Origin: Microcystis aeruginosa NIES-2549 | GTDB lineage: Bacteria; Cyanobacteriota; Cyanobacteriia; Cyanobacteriales; Microcystaceae | Direction: 5' to 3' | Assembly (NCBI RefSeq): GCF_000981785.2 | Contig: NZ_CP011304.1 | Location: 2,490,001 to 2,522,000 of the forward strand | DNA: 32,000 bases | In this document: piece by piece, positions 16,704 through 24,655 of the stretch | Layout of the letters: each line of letters begins with the position of its first letter | How positions within the stretch are numbered: position 1 is the stretch's first letter | Notes under the pieces: model-generated | What the model saw: the letters and a program-made list of their open reading frames with translations, nothing else | The model's database searches: none | Told to the model about the DNA's origin: nothing | Made by a program: the position numbers and the translations under genes

Positions 16704-17744
16704 TTAGTCTTTCCGCTGGGGCAAGTTGCCTCGCAGTAAAGATTGAATGGCTTTTAACGATTGATTTCCTGTGGAAGGCTCAGAAGTTGACGCTTGGCCC
16801 TCGGAAGGCTCCGTTTCCTCTACAACGGATAGGGGTTCTACCAGATCGTCGTCGAGGATTTCCCATAAAATTGCTCTTGACTTATCAATAGATAAATTCG
16901 TGCGGGACAAAAGAACATCGGCGCAGATATCACGGAAGTCCGCATCAGAGGAGCTAGCCACAATATCGTGAGAGGCACAGACCTTAGCAATCATTAAACA
17001 AGAGCGCAAACCTGACGTTTTTTCAGCCTCGGTTTTCAAACGAAAGGTTTTGACGAGGTTGACAATAAATAAGGCATCATCTCGACCAATCCCCGTTTTT
17101 TTGGCAAGAATTTCGGTCTGAGTCAGTTGATCCGGCTCAGGCATATTAATGGTTACCAACCGATCCATTAAAGCATCTTGGGTAGCATGAACCCCGCAAT
17201 ATTCTTCTGGGTTGGAGGTGAAAATTGCCCGAAATTGAGAATTGACTTGTAGGTAATCGGGTTGATGGCTAGTGGGTGGCAGGGTGAGAATTTTCTCTTC
17301 CAAGGCAGAGAGTAAAACGTTGTTGACCTCAGGTCGAGAACGATTGAACTCATCATAAACTAGGGTAAAACCCTCTCGACAGGCCATTGTTAAGCGAGAA
17401 TCCACCCAGTTGTGTTTTAGCTCGTCTTCAACTTTGAGAACGCTGTGGATATAGTTATCCGTCAGCTTTTTATGGGTATAACCAGATTGGCTACCAATTA
17501 AATCAGAACTGGTAAAGTCATCATCGCCAAAGATGAGCATCACAGGTCTGGCTAAACAATTGGCCAGATGCATTGCCAATGTGGTTTTTCCCGTTCCTGC
17601 TGGACCACATAGATGAACGGAAAAGCCGGAGTTTAGATAACGTAAGGCGCGGGTGGCAATTTGATCAATCGAAGGCGTAACAACAAATTGACCTGGGCGA
17701 AGGGAGAGAACGGCTCTTCTTGTTTGAGTTTCAGTAACTGTCAT
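16704..17744 (-). CDS. gvpN: Gas vesicle protein GvpN (AAA+ ATPase)
   Basis: Walker [10 protein letters not shown] and Walker B-like LVYDEFNR. 346 aa. Sits between gvpC and gvpJ. Confidence 0.9.
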   Translation of the reverse strand: MTVTETQTRRAVLSLRPGQFVVTPSIDQIATRALRYLNSGFSVHLCGPAGTGKTTLAMHLANCLARPVMLIFGDDDFTSSDLIGSQSGYTHKKLTDNYIHSVLKVEDELKHNWVDSRLTMACREGFTLVYDEFNRSRPEVNNVLLSALEEKILTLPPTSHQPDYLQVNSQFRAIFTSNPEEYCGVHATQDALMDRLVTINMPEPDQLTQTEILAKKTGIGRDDALFIVNLVKTFRLKTEAEKTSGLRSCLMIAKVCASHDIVASSSDADFRDICADVLLSRTNLSIDKSRAILWEILDDDLVEPLSVVEETEPSEGQASTSEPSTGNQSLKAIQSLLRGNLPQRKD

Positions 17745-18260
17745 AGTTGAAATTTAGTAAATACCATTGATAATCCCCGCCTTAAGCGGACGGGTATTCT
17801 TGAGCTAACAACCGCCTGTTCAGGTTTTCTCTTAATAACCGAGTCGGCAAGGACGCTTGTGTCACCCGAATTTTACGGCAAGTTTAATCGTCTTTAGCTT
17901 TTAAGTCTTACCTCAATAATATCCGAAAATATTAGTAACTGTCATCAATTAGCCCTAGAACCTTGATTTTGAAGGTATTTCAGGATATTCATTAGTCAAG
18001 GAGCTAATAAAAAGCTCTAGGCAGATGCAGTCCTTTTCACTTACCTCCTTTGTCAATAAAAGACTATTAATGACAACATTAACTATAAACTAAGTGAAGT
18101 TTTATAATACTTCTCAATTTACCAAAGCCCTAGAGTCGCCCAAACAGTAACCCACCACTACTAGGTCGAGTCTAGAAACTTAAAAAAGCAGGATAACCAT
18201 GGTAGGTGTCAAACCAGAGGCTTATTGTTGTATTTTCAGATAGTCCTCTAGTTTAGCCAG

Positions 18261-18292
18261 GAAAAGGGACTAGAGGGTTTTCACTCTAGCCC
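18261..18292 (-). terminator. Candidate intrinsic terminator/attenuator about 35 nt downstream of gvpC
   Basis: The minus strand reads GGGCTAGAG-tgaaaacc-CTCTAG(T)CCC followed by TTTT (plus-strand aaaa at 18262-18265). Confidence 0.35.
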
Positions 18293-18325
18293 TAGGCTTA
18301 AGTGGGTTGGAATTAACCTAGAGAT

Positions 18326-18964
18326 TTATTTGCCAAAAACATAGATAGACAACTCTTGACGAAATTGACGCAAATCGTCTTTTAGCTTTTTCGCTTCAGC
18401 TAAACGTTGTTCTTGAAATTGACTTAAATCGTCCTTTAGCTGTTTGGCTCGATCTAGATGAAGTTGACGTAAGTCGTTCTCCAGCTTTTTCGCTGCAGCT
18501 AAACGTTGTTCTTGAAATTGACTTAAATCGTCTTTTAGCTGTTTAGCTCGATCTAAACGCTCTTGACGTAAGTCGTTCTCCAGCTTTTTCGCTGCAGCTA
18601 AACGTTGTTCTTGAAATTGACTTAAATCGTCCTTTAGCTGTTTGGCTCGATCTAAACGCTGTTGACGTAAGTCGTCGTCTAGCTTTTTCGCTGCAGCTAA
18701 ACGGTTTTCTTGAAATTGACGTAGATCCTCTTTTTGCTTTTCCGCTTGAGCTAAACGCTGCTTTTGGGTAGCTGTTAAAAACAAGTTGCTTTCTTGTTGA
18801 ACTTTTTGGAAAGAGTTACGCAAAGCAGTTGCCTGTTCTTGCGCTTGTTGTCCTCTTTTAGTTTTGACATCCAACAGAAAACCTTGAACTTCTCGCGAGA
18901 GTTCAGCTACTTCTTCAGCAATCGATAAACGCTCCTCGCGGAACTTTTCCATGAGAGCAGGCAT
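18326..18964 (-). CDS. gvpC: Gas vesicle protein GvpC (33-residue repeat outer-surface strengthening protein)
   Basis: Tandem 33-aa repeats [33 protein letters not shown]. Located downstream of gvpA. Confidence 0.9.
   Translation of the reverse strand: MPALMEKFREERLSIAEEVAELSREVQGFLLDVKTKRGQQAQEQATALRNSFQKVQQESNLFLTATQKQRLAQAEKQKEDLRQFQENRLAAAKKLDDDLRQQRLDRAKQLKDDLSQFQEQRLAAAKKLENDLRQERLDRAKQLKDDLSQFQEQRLAAAKKLENDLRQLHLDRAKQLKDDLSQFQEQRLAEAKKLKDDLRQFRQELSIYVFGK
18338..18740. repeat. Near-identical 99-bp tandem repeats inside gvpC (about 4 units)
   Basis: The marker taaacgttgt recurs at 18401, 18500 and 18599, with a variant (taaacggttt) at 18698. The period is exactly 99 bp. Confidence 0.95.
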
Positions 18965-19399
18965 GGGGTTGTCCTCAATTACTAAATGCTATTGAATGGA
19001 TTAGACCCAATCACCCGTTGAAAAAACATTCACGGCGACTGGGGGGAGAGACAATAGATTCCGACTTTTCTCATCATCCAAAAGTTGAGATAGTGAATTG
19101 CCCCGGAGCAAGGGGCGCCGCTCACTCCCCAAAGAGAGGCTTTCTATTGCGAACAATAGTCAACCTTCTAGTGATAGGAGGTAAACCTAGCTACAAAGGT
19201 CGAAATGACGGTTACAAAAATAATTTGTATGGGTCTAGCTTTGTTGTCGCTATCCACTGCCGCGCCAAATCTATCAATTATAGACTATTGCGCCCCAAGA
19301 GAGGGGTAACTAAACTCAATATGGATCAAAGAAAAGCCAAGAATCTGGAGAAACCGGAAGGGTTTTAACTCAGCCGATGGGAAAATCTGTGACCGACCC

Positions 19400-19615
19400 T
19401 TAAGCAGGAACCGCTGCAGACTGAGTTAGACCAACGGCTTCAGCATATTTGAGGTAGGTTTCAACCGAAGCGATAACTACACGAGCTTCGATCGCTAATA
19501 ATTCGATGCCCACTAGAGAGACGCGAGCCCAAGCATCAATGACGATACCTTTGTCAAGGATACGATCGATAACTTCAGCCAAGCTGGAGGAAGAGTTAGT
19601 TTTTTCAACTGCCAT
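19400..19615 (-). CDS. gvpA: Major gas vesicle structural protein GvpA (single copy in this window)
   Basis: The 71-aa product [71 protein letters not shown] matches the near-invariant cyanobacterial GvpA sequence. Confidence 0.97.
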
Positions 19616-19722
19616 GGTAGATAGACCTTTTTGTTGTTTTCATAGAAAGTGTACAGTGCTGAAATCATGGGAGATTCAGAAATCCATTTAGTTTTTCTGC
19701 CCCCATCACTTCGGCACTTTTA

Positions 19723-19752
19723 AGAGTAACACCCTTATTTTGTCGTTGTCAA
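19723..19752 (-). promoter_or_regulatory. Candidate gvpA promoter
   Basis: The minus strand reads TTGACA (19752-19747), 18 nt, TACTCT (19728-19723). This is about 105 nt upstream of the gvpA ATG. The -10 match is weak. Confidence 0.25.
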
Positions 19753-19772
19753 TATCTAATCTCAAGTTTTTG

Positions 19773-19851
19773 GTTAAGAAATGTACGATTCCTTAGTTAA
19801 GAAATGTAGTCAATTCTCATTTTTGGGGTTAAGAAATGGAATCAATTCTCA
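19773..19851. repeat. Direct repeats GTTAAGAAATG(T/G)(A) x3, the last two extended by TCAATTCTCA; a possible operator array upstream of gvpA
   Basis: gttaagaaatgta at 19773 and 19796, gttaagaaatgga at 19828. tcaattctca at 19810 and 19842. The array lies 160-235 nt upstream of the gvpA start. Confidence 0.6.
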
Positions 19852-19933
19852 GAAAAGGCCCACCTATGCTTTCATTATTAAGCGATCGCTGGCTCTAGCC
19901 AAGAACTTACATAGAACGAATCAACTAATAGTA

Positions 19934-20230
19934 AAAGCCTTGCTTTGCAAGGCTTTTAGGTGCTTAAGGTACAAATGTATTGAAATTTTAGTTTTAATGA
20001 TCGCTATCTTAGGTGTTATTTGCGAGGCTGAGGGGTGGACAGACTTGACAATCTAGCCATCACAATGCGAAGATGTGTGATGGGAAATTCTTGCTTCACA
20101 GAAACCTGCTTTTTGAGAGAGTCCCAACCAGTCTTACAGTCTCTCCACAAGCTTAAACTCCTGACTGCCCATCAGCATTTGTTGACAGGATTCTTATTCC
20201 TTCTGATCTTGAATTCTTGGCTGCATTCGT
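19934..20230 (+). pseudogene. Heavily decayed fragment resembling the N-terminal (DDE_Tnp_1_assoc) region of an ISAs1-family transposase
   Basis: RYKCIEILVLMIAILGVICEAEGWTDL resembles the family pattern KHxLxEILxIAIxAVICGAExWxDIE. The same frame then runs through three stops (TI*PSQCEDV*WEILASQKPAF*ESPNQSYS). The transposase catalytic region is absent. Confidence 0.3.
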
Positions 20231-20446
20231 GATAAGTCTTGCATTCTGGACTTATTCATCTTTATATCATTTTTCAAAAGTAATGACAGACTTAGTTGAT
20301 CATTTCAAAGCGCAATCCCTCTCGGAGAAAGGAATTGCACTTTCAGATGTTAGTCACGACTATTGAAAATTGGTATCAGCTATTTCTTCGGGGACTGTAG
20401 CCACTATTTTCAGAGATTGCTGTAATGGCGATTGGCTGACGTCCGT

Positions 20447-20734
20447 TTAGGTGGATTGACTGGCCAGAAATTGTCTTTGATAGTCTAAAAACTCGCCGTG
20501 CCATTCCGCAAAACGCCGCTCCCCATCTTTGACTAAAAGTTGGCGGTAGGCTTCCGAGGAAATCCAAGGCTTTGTTGGACGTTGTTGGTTTGTTGGGCGT
20601 TGTTGGGCAGAACGAGCTTGGTATTCAGCCGTTGATTGACGGCATTGGTTGTGATAATTTTGGTGCCATTCCTGATAACGCCGTTCTCCATCCCGCACGA
20701 GGGCTTGGCGATAGGCTTCTGAAGATAGACTCAT
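20447..20734 (-). CDS. Small (95 aa) hypothetical protein with an internal 21-residue duplication
   Basis: ATG at 20734 is preceded by AAGGAG (7 nt). An extended -10 TGTTATAAT lies on the minus strand (its TATAAT hexamer is plus-strand attata at 20775-20780). Repeats SSEAYRQALVRDGERRYQEWH and SSEAYRQLLVKDGERRFAEWH are 55 residues apart, with a QQRPT x2 linker. Confidence 0.6.
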   Translation of the reverse strand: MSLSSEAYRQALVRDGERRYQEWHQNYHNQCRQSTAEYQARSAQQRPTNQQRPTKPWISSEAYRQLLVKDGERRFAEWHGEFLDYQRQFLASQST

Positions 20735-21331
20735 GGTGTTACTCCTTTTCAAATCCCTTGATGGCCTGGCCAGAATTATAACACAATCCCTGAACCACCC
20801 ATTGCTGACCTCTGGTCAAGGTGCGATATAAGTCCTTGCCGTCAGTGACAAGGTTTCTTGGCTATCTTAACTGCTGGATTTTGTCCCGCTTTGCGTTGCT
20901 ACCCTTTAACCAAATTTTGTAGGACCAGCAAAGAAATTAGTAAAAGCTACAGGTGTCTTAAACCTTGTGGCAAAGGGCCACAGCTAACCCTATTCAAGAA
21001 GTCTGGTTCTTCTTGTTTTTTCTCGTCGGTGAATATTGATCGTAACCTATTGTAGGTAGAATATACACTTTAGTTATCAATAGGGTAATTTTTTGGCTCT
21101 CTTAGGTTTGGTGGGTAAAATGTATTCTAAGATACAGTCCTGCTGGCGAGTGAGTGGAACGAACCACAGAGGGACAAAGGACACAGAGATCGATCACTAC
21201 TATATAAGTTAAACTTATGACACAAGGAATAAGAAAGCCATTTTGGTGACCTTGGCCGTCTGATATGGCCAAGAAATGCCATATTTCTATTAGCACTGTT
21301 GCCAAAATCTCTGGAGAGTTGGGTTACTAAT

Positions 21332-21439
21332 ATGGTTAAAATTATCGGTCGTCAATCCCTGGGAAGGAAACCAGTTTACGATATTGGGGTGGAGAAAGAT
21401 CATAATTTTTTGCTGGGCAACGGGTTAATTGCCTCCAAT
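21332..21439 (+). other. DnaE split intein C-fragment (IntC, 36 aa)
   Basis: 36 codons ending in the conserved ...HNFxLxNGxIASN, immediately followed by the Cys +1 codon at 21440. Confidence 0.9.
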
Positions 21440-22669
21440 TGTTTTAATAAATCTCACTCTACCGCTTATGCTTACGTCACCTATCAAACTGCTTATTTAA
21501 AAGCTAATTATCCTGTGGAATATATGACAGCGTTACTAACTGCTAGTAGCGATAATCAGGATAAGGTGGAAAAGTATCGAGAAAACTGTCAGAAAATGAA
21601 TATCGATGTCGAACCTCCCGACATCAATCGATCGCAAAAACATTTTACCCCGATTGGACGCAAAATTCTCTTTGGTTTGTCCGCAGTTAGAAATCTGGGC
21701 GAAAATGCGATCGAGGCTATTTTAAAAGCCCGGGAAGCAACAGGAGGAAAGTTTACTTCCTTAGGGGATTTTTGCGAGCGTGTTGATTTACGATTGGTCA
21801 ACAAAAGAGCTTTAGAAACGCTAATTTATTCTGGTGCTTTTGATAAAATTCAACCCAATCGCCATCAATTAATTGAAGATTTAGAATTAGTAGTTGCTTG
21901 GGCGCAAAAACGCACCAAAGAGAAAGAAAGTGGTCAAATGAATATTTTTGATATGCTAGGAGGTAGCATAGAAAATAAACAAGAGTCTGAGTTTGAACAG
22001 TCTCCCAGTGCGCGAGCAGTAGAAGATTTTTCCCTACAGGAAAAGTTAAGACTGGAAAAAGAACATTTAGGTTTTTATGTTTCCGAACATCCTTTAAAAG
22101 CTTTACAAAGAGCCGCTCAAGTCCTATCTCCTATCAATTTAGCTGACTTAGAAGAACACAAAACCAGAAAAAAAGTCAGTGCAATTGTCCTATTAAATGC
22201 CGTCAAGAAAATTATGACTAAAAAAGGGACTCCCATGGCTTTTTTAACCCTAGAAGATGCCTCGGGACAGTCGGAAGCGGTGATTTTTTCCGATACCTAC
22301 GAACGTCTGCAAAAATTATTAGTTGAGGAAGCAACTTTAATGGTGTGGGGAAAAGTTGATCGCCGAGATGATCGGGTACAATTAATTGTCGAAGATGCGG
22401 AACCGATCGAAACCATTAAAATGGTGATGGTTAATTTATCCCTGCAAGATGTCGTCAACCAAAATCGTCAAAATCTTCTTAAAAGTATTCTGCAATCGGG
22501 AGACAAACAAAAGGCAAAAGTTCCCGTTATTGCCACCATCGGTGCGGGAACTCAGCGTCAATTTGTGCGTTTAGGACAAAACTATTGGGTAGAGGACGAC
22601 AATTCGGTGCTAGAGTCTCTAAAAGTTGCCGGTTTTCTGGCTAATTCTGCACCTCTGATTAATCATTAA
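21332..22669 (+). CDS. dnaE: DNA polymerase III alpha subunit, C-terminal split half (DnaE-C) with the N-terminal IntC split-intein fragment
   Basis: [36 protein letters not shown] followed by [11 protein letters not shown] matches the cyanobacterial DnaE IntC/+1 Cys extein junction (compare Npu MIKIATRKYLGKQNVYDIGVERDHNFALKNGFIASN-CFN). The rest is the Pol III alpha C-terminal region. Confidence 0.95.
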   Translation: MVKIIGRQSLGRKPVYDIGVEKDHNFLLGNGLIASNCFNKSHSTAYAYVTYQTAYLKANYPVEYMTALLTASSDNQDKVEKYRENCQKMNIDVEPPDINRSQKHFTPIGRKILFGLSAVRNLGENAIEAILKAREATGGKFTSLGDFCERVDLRLVNKRALETLIYSGAFDKIQPNRHQLIEDLELVVAWAQKRTKEKESGQMNIFDMLGGSIENKQESEFEQSPSARAVEDFSLQEKLRLEKEHLGFYVSEHPLKALQRAAQVLSPINLADLEEHKTRKKVSAIVLLNAVKKIMTKKGTPMAFLTLEDASGQSEAVIFSDTYERLQKLLVEEATLMVWGKVDRRDDRVQLIVEDAEPIETIKMVMVNLSLQDVVNQNRQNLLKSILQSGDKQKAKVPVIATIGAGTQRQFVRLGQNYWVEDDNSVLESLKVAGFLANSAPLINH

Positions 22670-22758
22670 ATGGTAACTAGCAATTATTGTTACTGTAAAA
22701 CCTTCTCGACTTCCAGTTTCGATAATAATTCTCTTTCGACCCACAAATCAAGACAAAT

Positions 22759-23793
22759 ATGGATTTTGATCACCTCTTTGACAGCATTGCTACTCTTGTC
22801 CTCCATCATTCCCCCAGTGGGATGGAAACGGAAATCGATCACCTGTTACTAGAACGCTTTCAAGAGTTAGGATTAGAAACATGGCAAGATCAAGCGGGAA
22901 ATGTCATTGGAAAAATTAAAGGACAGGATTCGACCAAAAAAATCGCCATTACCGGTCATAAAGACGAAATTGGCGCTATTATCAAGGCAATTAATCCCGA
23001 TGGTACTCTGCAAATTCAGCGACTCGGGGGAGCTTTTCCTTGGATTTACGGAGAGGGAGTGGTAGATATTATCGGTGATAGGGAAACCAGATCGGGAATT
23101 CTCTCCTTTGGTTCCCGTCATATTTCCCATCAATCCCCGCAAAAAGTGCAGCAGGAAAACACTCCCGTCACCTGGGAATCCGCATGGATAGAGACGAAAT
23201 TGACTCCGGAAGAATTAGACGCTTGTGGGGTGCGCGTCGGTAGTCGAGTCGTGGTGGGAAAACACCGAAAACAACCCTTTCGACTAAAAGACTACATTGC
23301 CAGTTATACCCTTGATAATAAAGCTTCCGTGGCGATTCTTTTAGAATTAGCGGCCAGAGTAATTAACCCTGCAGTGGATATATATCTGGTTGCCTCAGCT
23401 AAGGAGGAGGTAGGAGCCTTAGGGGCATTATTTTTTACCGCAAATAACCGCTTAGATGCTTTAATTGCCCTAGAAATCTGTCCCCTCGCGCCTGAATATC
23501 CGATTAAGGATGGCAGCAGTCCTGTTTTATTGTCTCAGGATGGTTACGGTATCTATGATGAGCAATTAAATCAAGAATTGAGAATAGCGGCCGAAAAGGC
23601 AGGAATACCCCTGCAATTAGCTATTATTAGTGGTTTTGGTAGCGATGCCTCCATTGCCATGAAATTCGGACATATAGCTAAGGCCGCTTGCTTAGGTTTT
23701 CCCACCCAAAACACCCACGGTTATGAAATCGCCCATTTAGGAGCCATAGCCAACTGCATTAGCATATTAGAAGCTTATTGTCAACTAATTTAG
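22759..23793 (+). CDS. M42 family metallopeptidase (FrvX/glutamyl aminopeptidase-like)
   Basis: HHSPSGMETEI, AGNVIGKIKG and IAITGHKDEIG near the N-terminus, and LDNKASVAILLELA later. Typical M42 layout; 344 aa. Confidence 0.8.
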   Translation: MDFDHLFDSIATLVLHHSPSGMETEIDHLLLERFQELGLETWQDQAGNVIGKIKGQDSTKKIAITGHKDEIGAIIKAINPDGTLQIQRLGGAFPWIYGEGVVDIIGDRETRSGILSFGSRHISHQSPQKVQQENTPVTWESAWIETKLTPEELDACGVRVGSRVVVGKHRKQPFRLKDYIASYTLDNKASVAILLELAARVINPAVDIYLVASAKEEVGALGALFFTANNRLDALIALEICPLAPEYPIKDGSSPVLLSQDGYGIYDEQLNQELRIAAEKAGIPLQLAIISGFGSDASIAMKFGHIAKAACLGFPTQNTHGYEIAHLGAIANCISILEAYCQLI

Positions 23794-24281
23794 CTATTTT
23801 TAGCAAAAAACCAGAGCATTAATAGAATAACAGCGATCGCCAGTCCGCTAAAAACAGTATTTTTATGCTGCTCTAACTGCATGGGTGCGGGGGGTTCTTC
23901 TTTTTTCTGTTTATTTGTTCCCTTTTTAAATTGCGCTGTACTATCGGGAAGTTTCTCTAAATCGGGAATCTTCGTCATCCACTCATCTGGGCGTTTGAGA
24001 CGGGGAGCTTCGATAATATAAAGCAGACGCTTGGCCTGTTCGCGAATTTGATAGATAGGATGGCTAATAAGTTGCTTACAGATTTCACTGGCTTTCTCCC
24101 CCTCTCCTAACCCCTGATGGGCAGAAATTAACCAAATTTGGATCTCACCCCCTTCTCGGGATCCTAAGGAAATTAAGGCTAAAGCCGCATTTAATTGCTG
24201 GATACTAAGACGATATTGTCCACGCTCAAAGGCACTGATGCCAGCTTGATAAAGGTCTTGAAAAGAAAGATTTTCGGCCAC
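23790..24281 (-). CDS. Hypothetical protein with a TPR-like helical N-terminal region and a C-terminal transmembrane anchor
   Basis: GTG start. Helical repeat-like LYQAGISAFERGQYRLSIQQLNAALAL. C-terminal TM VFSGLAIAVILLMLWFFA. Its stop overlaps the convergent M42 stop. Confidence 0.5.
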   Translation of the reverse strand: MAENLSFQDLYQAGISAFERGQYRLSIQQLNAALALISLGSREGGEIQIWLISAHQGLGEGEKASEICKQLISHPIYQIREQAKRLLYIIEAPRLKRPDEWMTKIPDLEKLPDSTAQFKKGTNKQKKEEPPAPMQLEQHKNTVFSGLAIAVILLMLWFFAKNS

Positions 24282-24551
24282 GGAGTCAAGATCGAGATCA
24301 ATAAAACTTTACATAAGTATAGCAAGAGCTAAGAAGCAAAAGGAAACTTTGATCAGTATCAGATGGGTTCTTCGTTACTTGCTATGGTTCAATCGGGTGG
24401 CATGAATAGACTACATCCTTATCTGGCAAGAGACTTAATTGATTAGTTCGTTCTAGATCGAAAACAATTGACAAAAATCGCCAAATGTCTTTCTCTATAA
24501 GGGTTTCATCTCTTATAACCCCGTCTATTGCCTAACACAAACAAAAAGAAC

Positions 24552-24593
24552 CTCACTGATTACTGTTCACTGTTTACTGTTTACTGATCACTG
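24552..24593. repeat. STRR heptanucleotide array (T[TC]ACTG[AT]), 6 units
   Basis: tcactga ttactgt tcactgt ttactgt ttactga tcactga, about 60 nt upstream of the 24656 ORF. Confidence 0.9.
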
Positions 24594-24655
24594 AAAAGCT
24601 CCCCACCTCCGCCATTGAGAATGAGAATCTCAGCAAAAATCTGCTACACTTTCCT

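Noticed and set aside
19018-19368. 116-aa plus-strand ORF in the gvpA-gvpC spacer
   Set aside because: It starts with TTG, has no SD, shows no recognisable motifs, and is on the strand opposite the operon. It is treated as non-coding spacer (see the finding on the spacer).
20376-20567. 63-aa minus-strand ORF overlapping the 3' end of the small duplicated-motif gene
   Set aside because: It is an alternative frame of the same locus. It is noted only as a possible sign of an ancestral frameshift and is not called as a gene.
20858-21305. ORFs 20858-21055 (+) and 21102-21305 (-) upstream of dnaE-C
   Set aside because: They are Cys/Phe-rich, non-protein-like translations with no start context, most likely non-coding leader or promoter DNA. 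The small hairpins here (CTTGGCC...GGCCAAG at about 21249-21271) were too weak to call.
21299-21331. TTG-initiated 11-codon N-terminal extension of dnaE-C ([11 protein letters not shown])
   Set aside because: The split-intein IntC fragment canonically begins at its own Met (MVKIIGR..., ATG 21332).
22670-22852. 60-aa ORF between dnaE-C and the M42 peptidase
   Set aside because: It overlaps the peptidase start (22759) out of frame, with low-complexity sequence and no SD.
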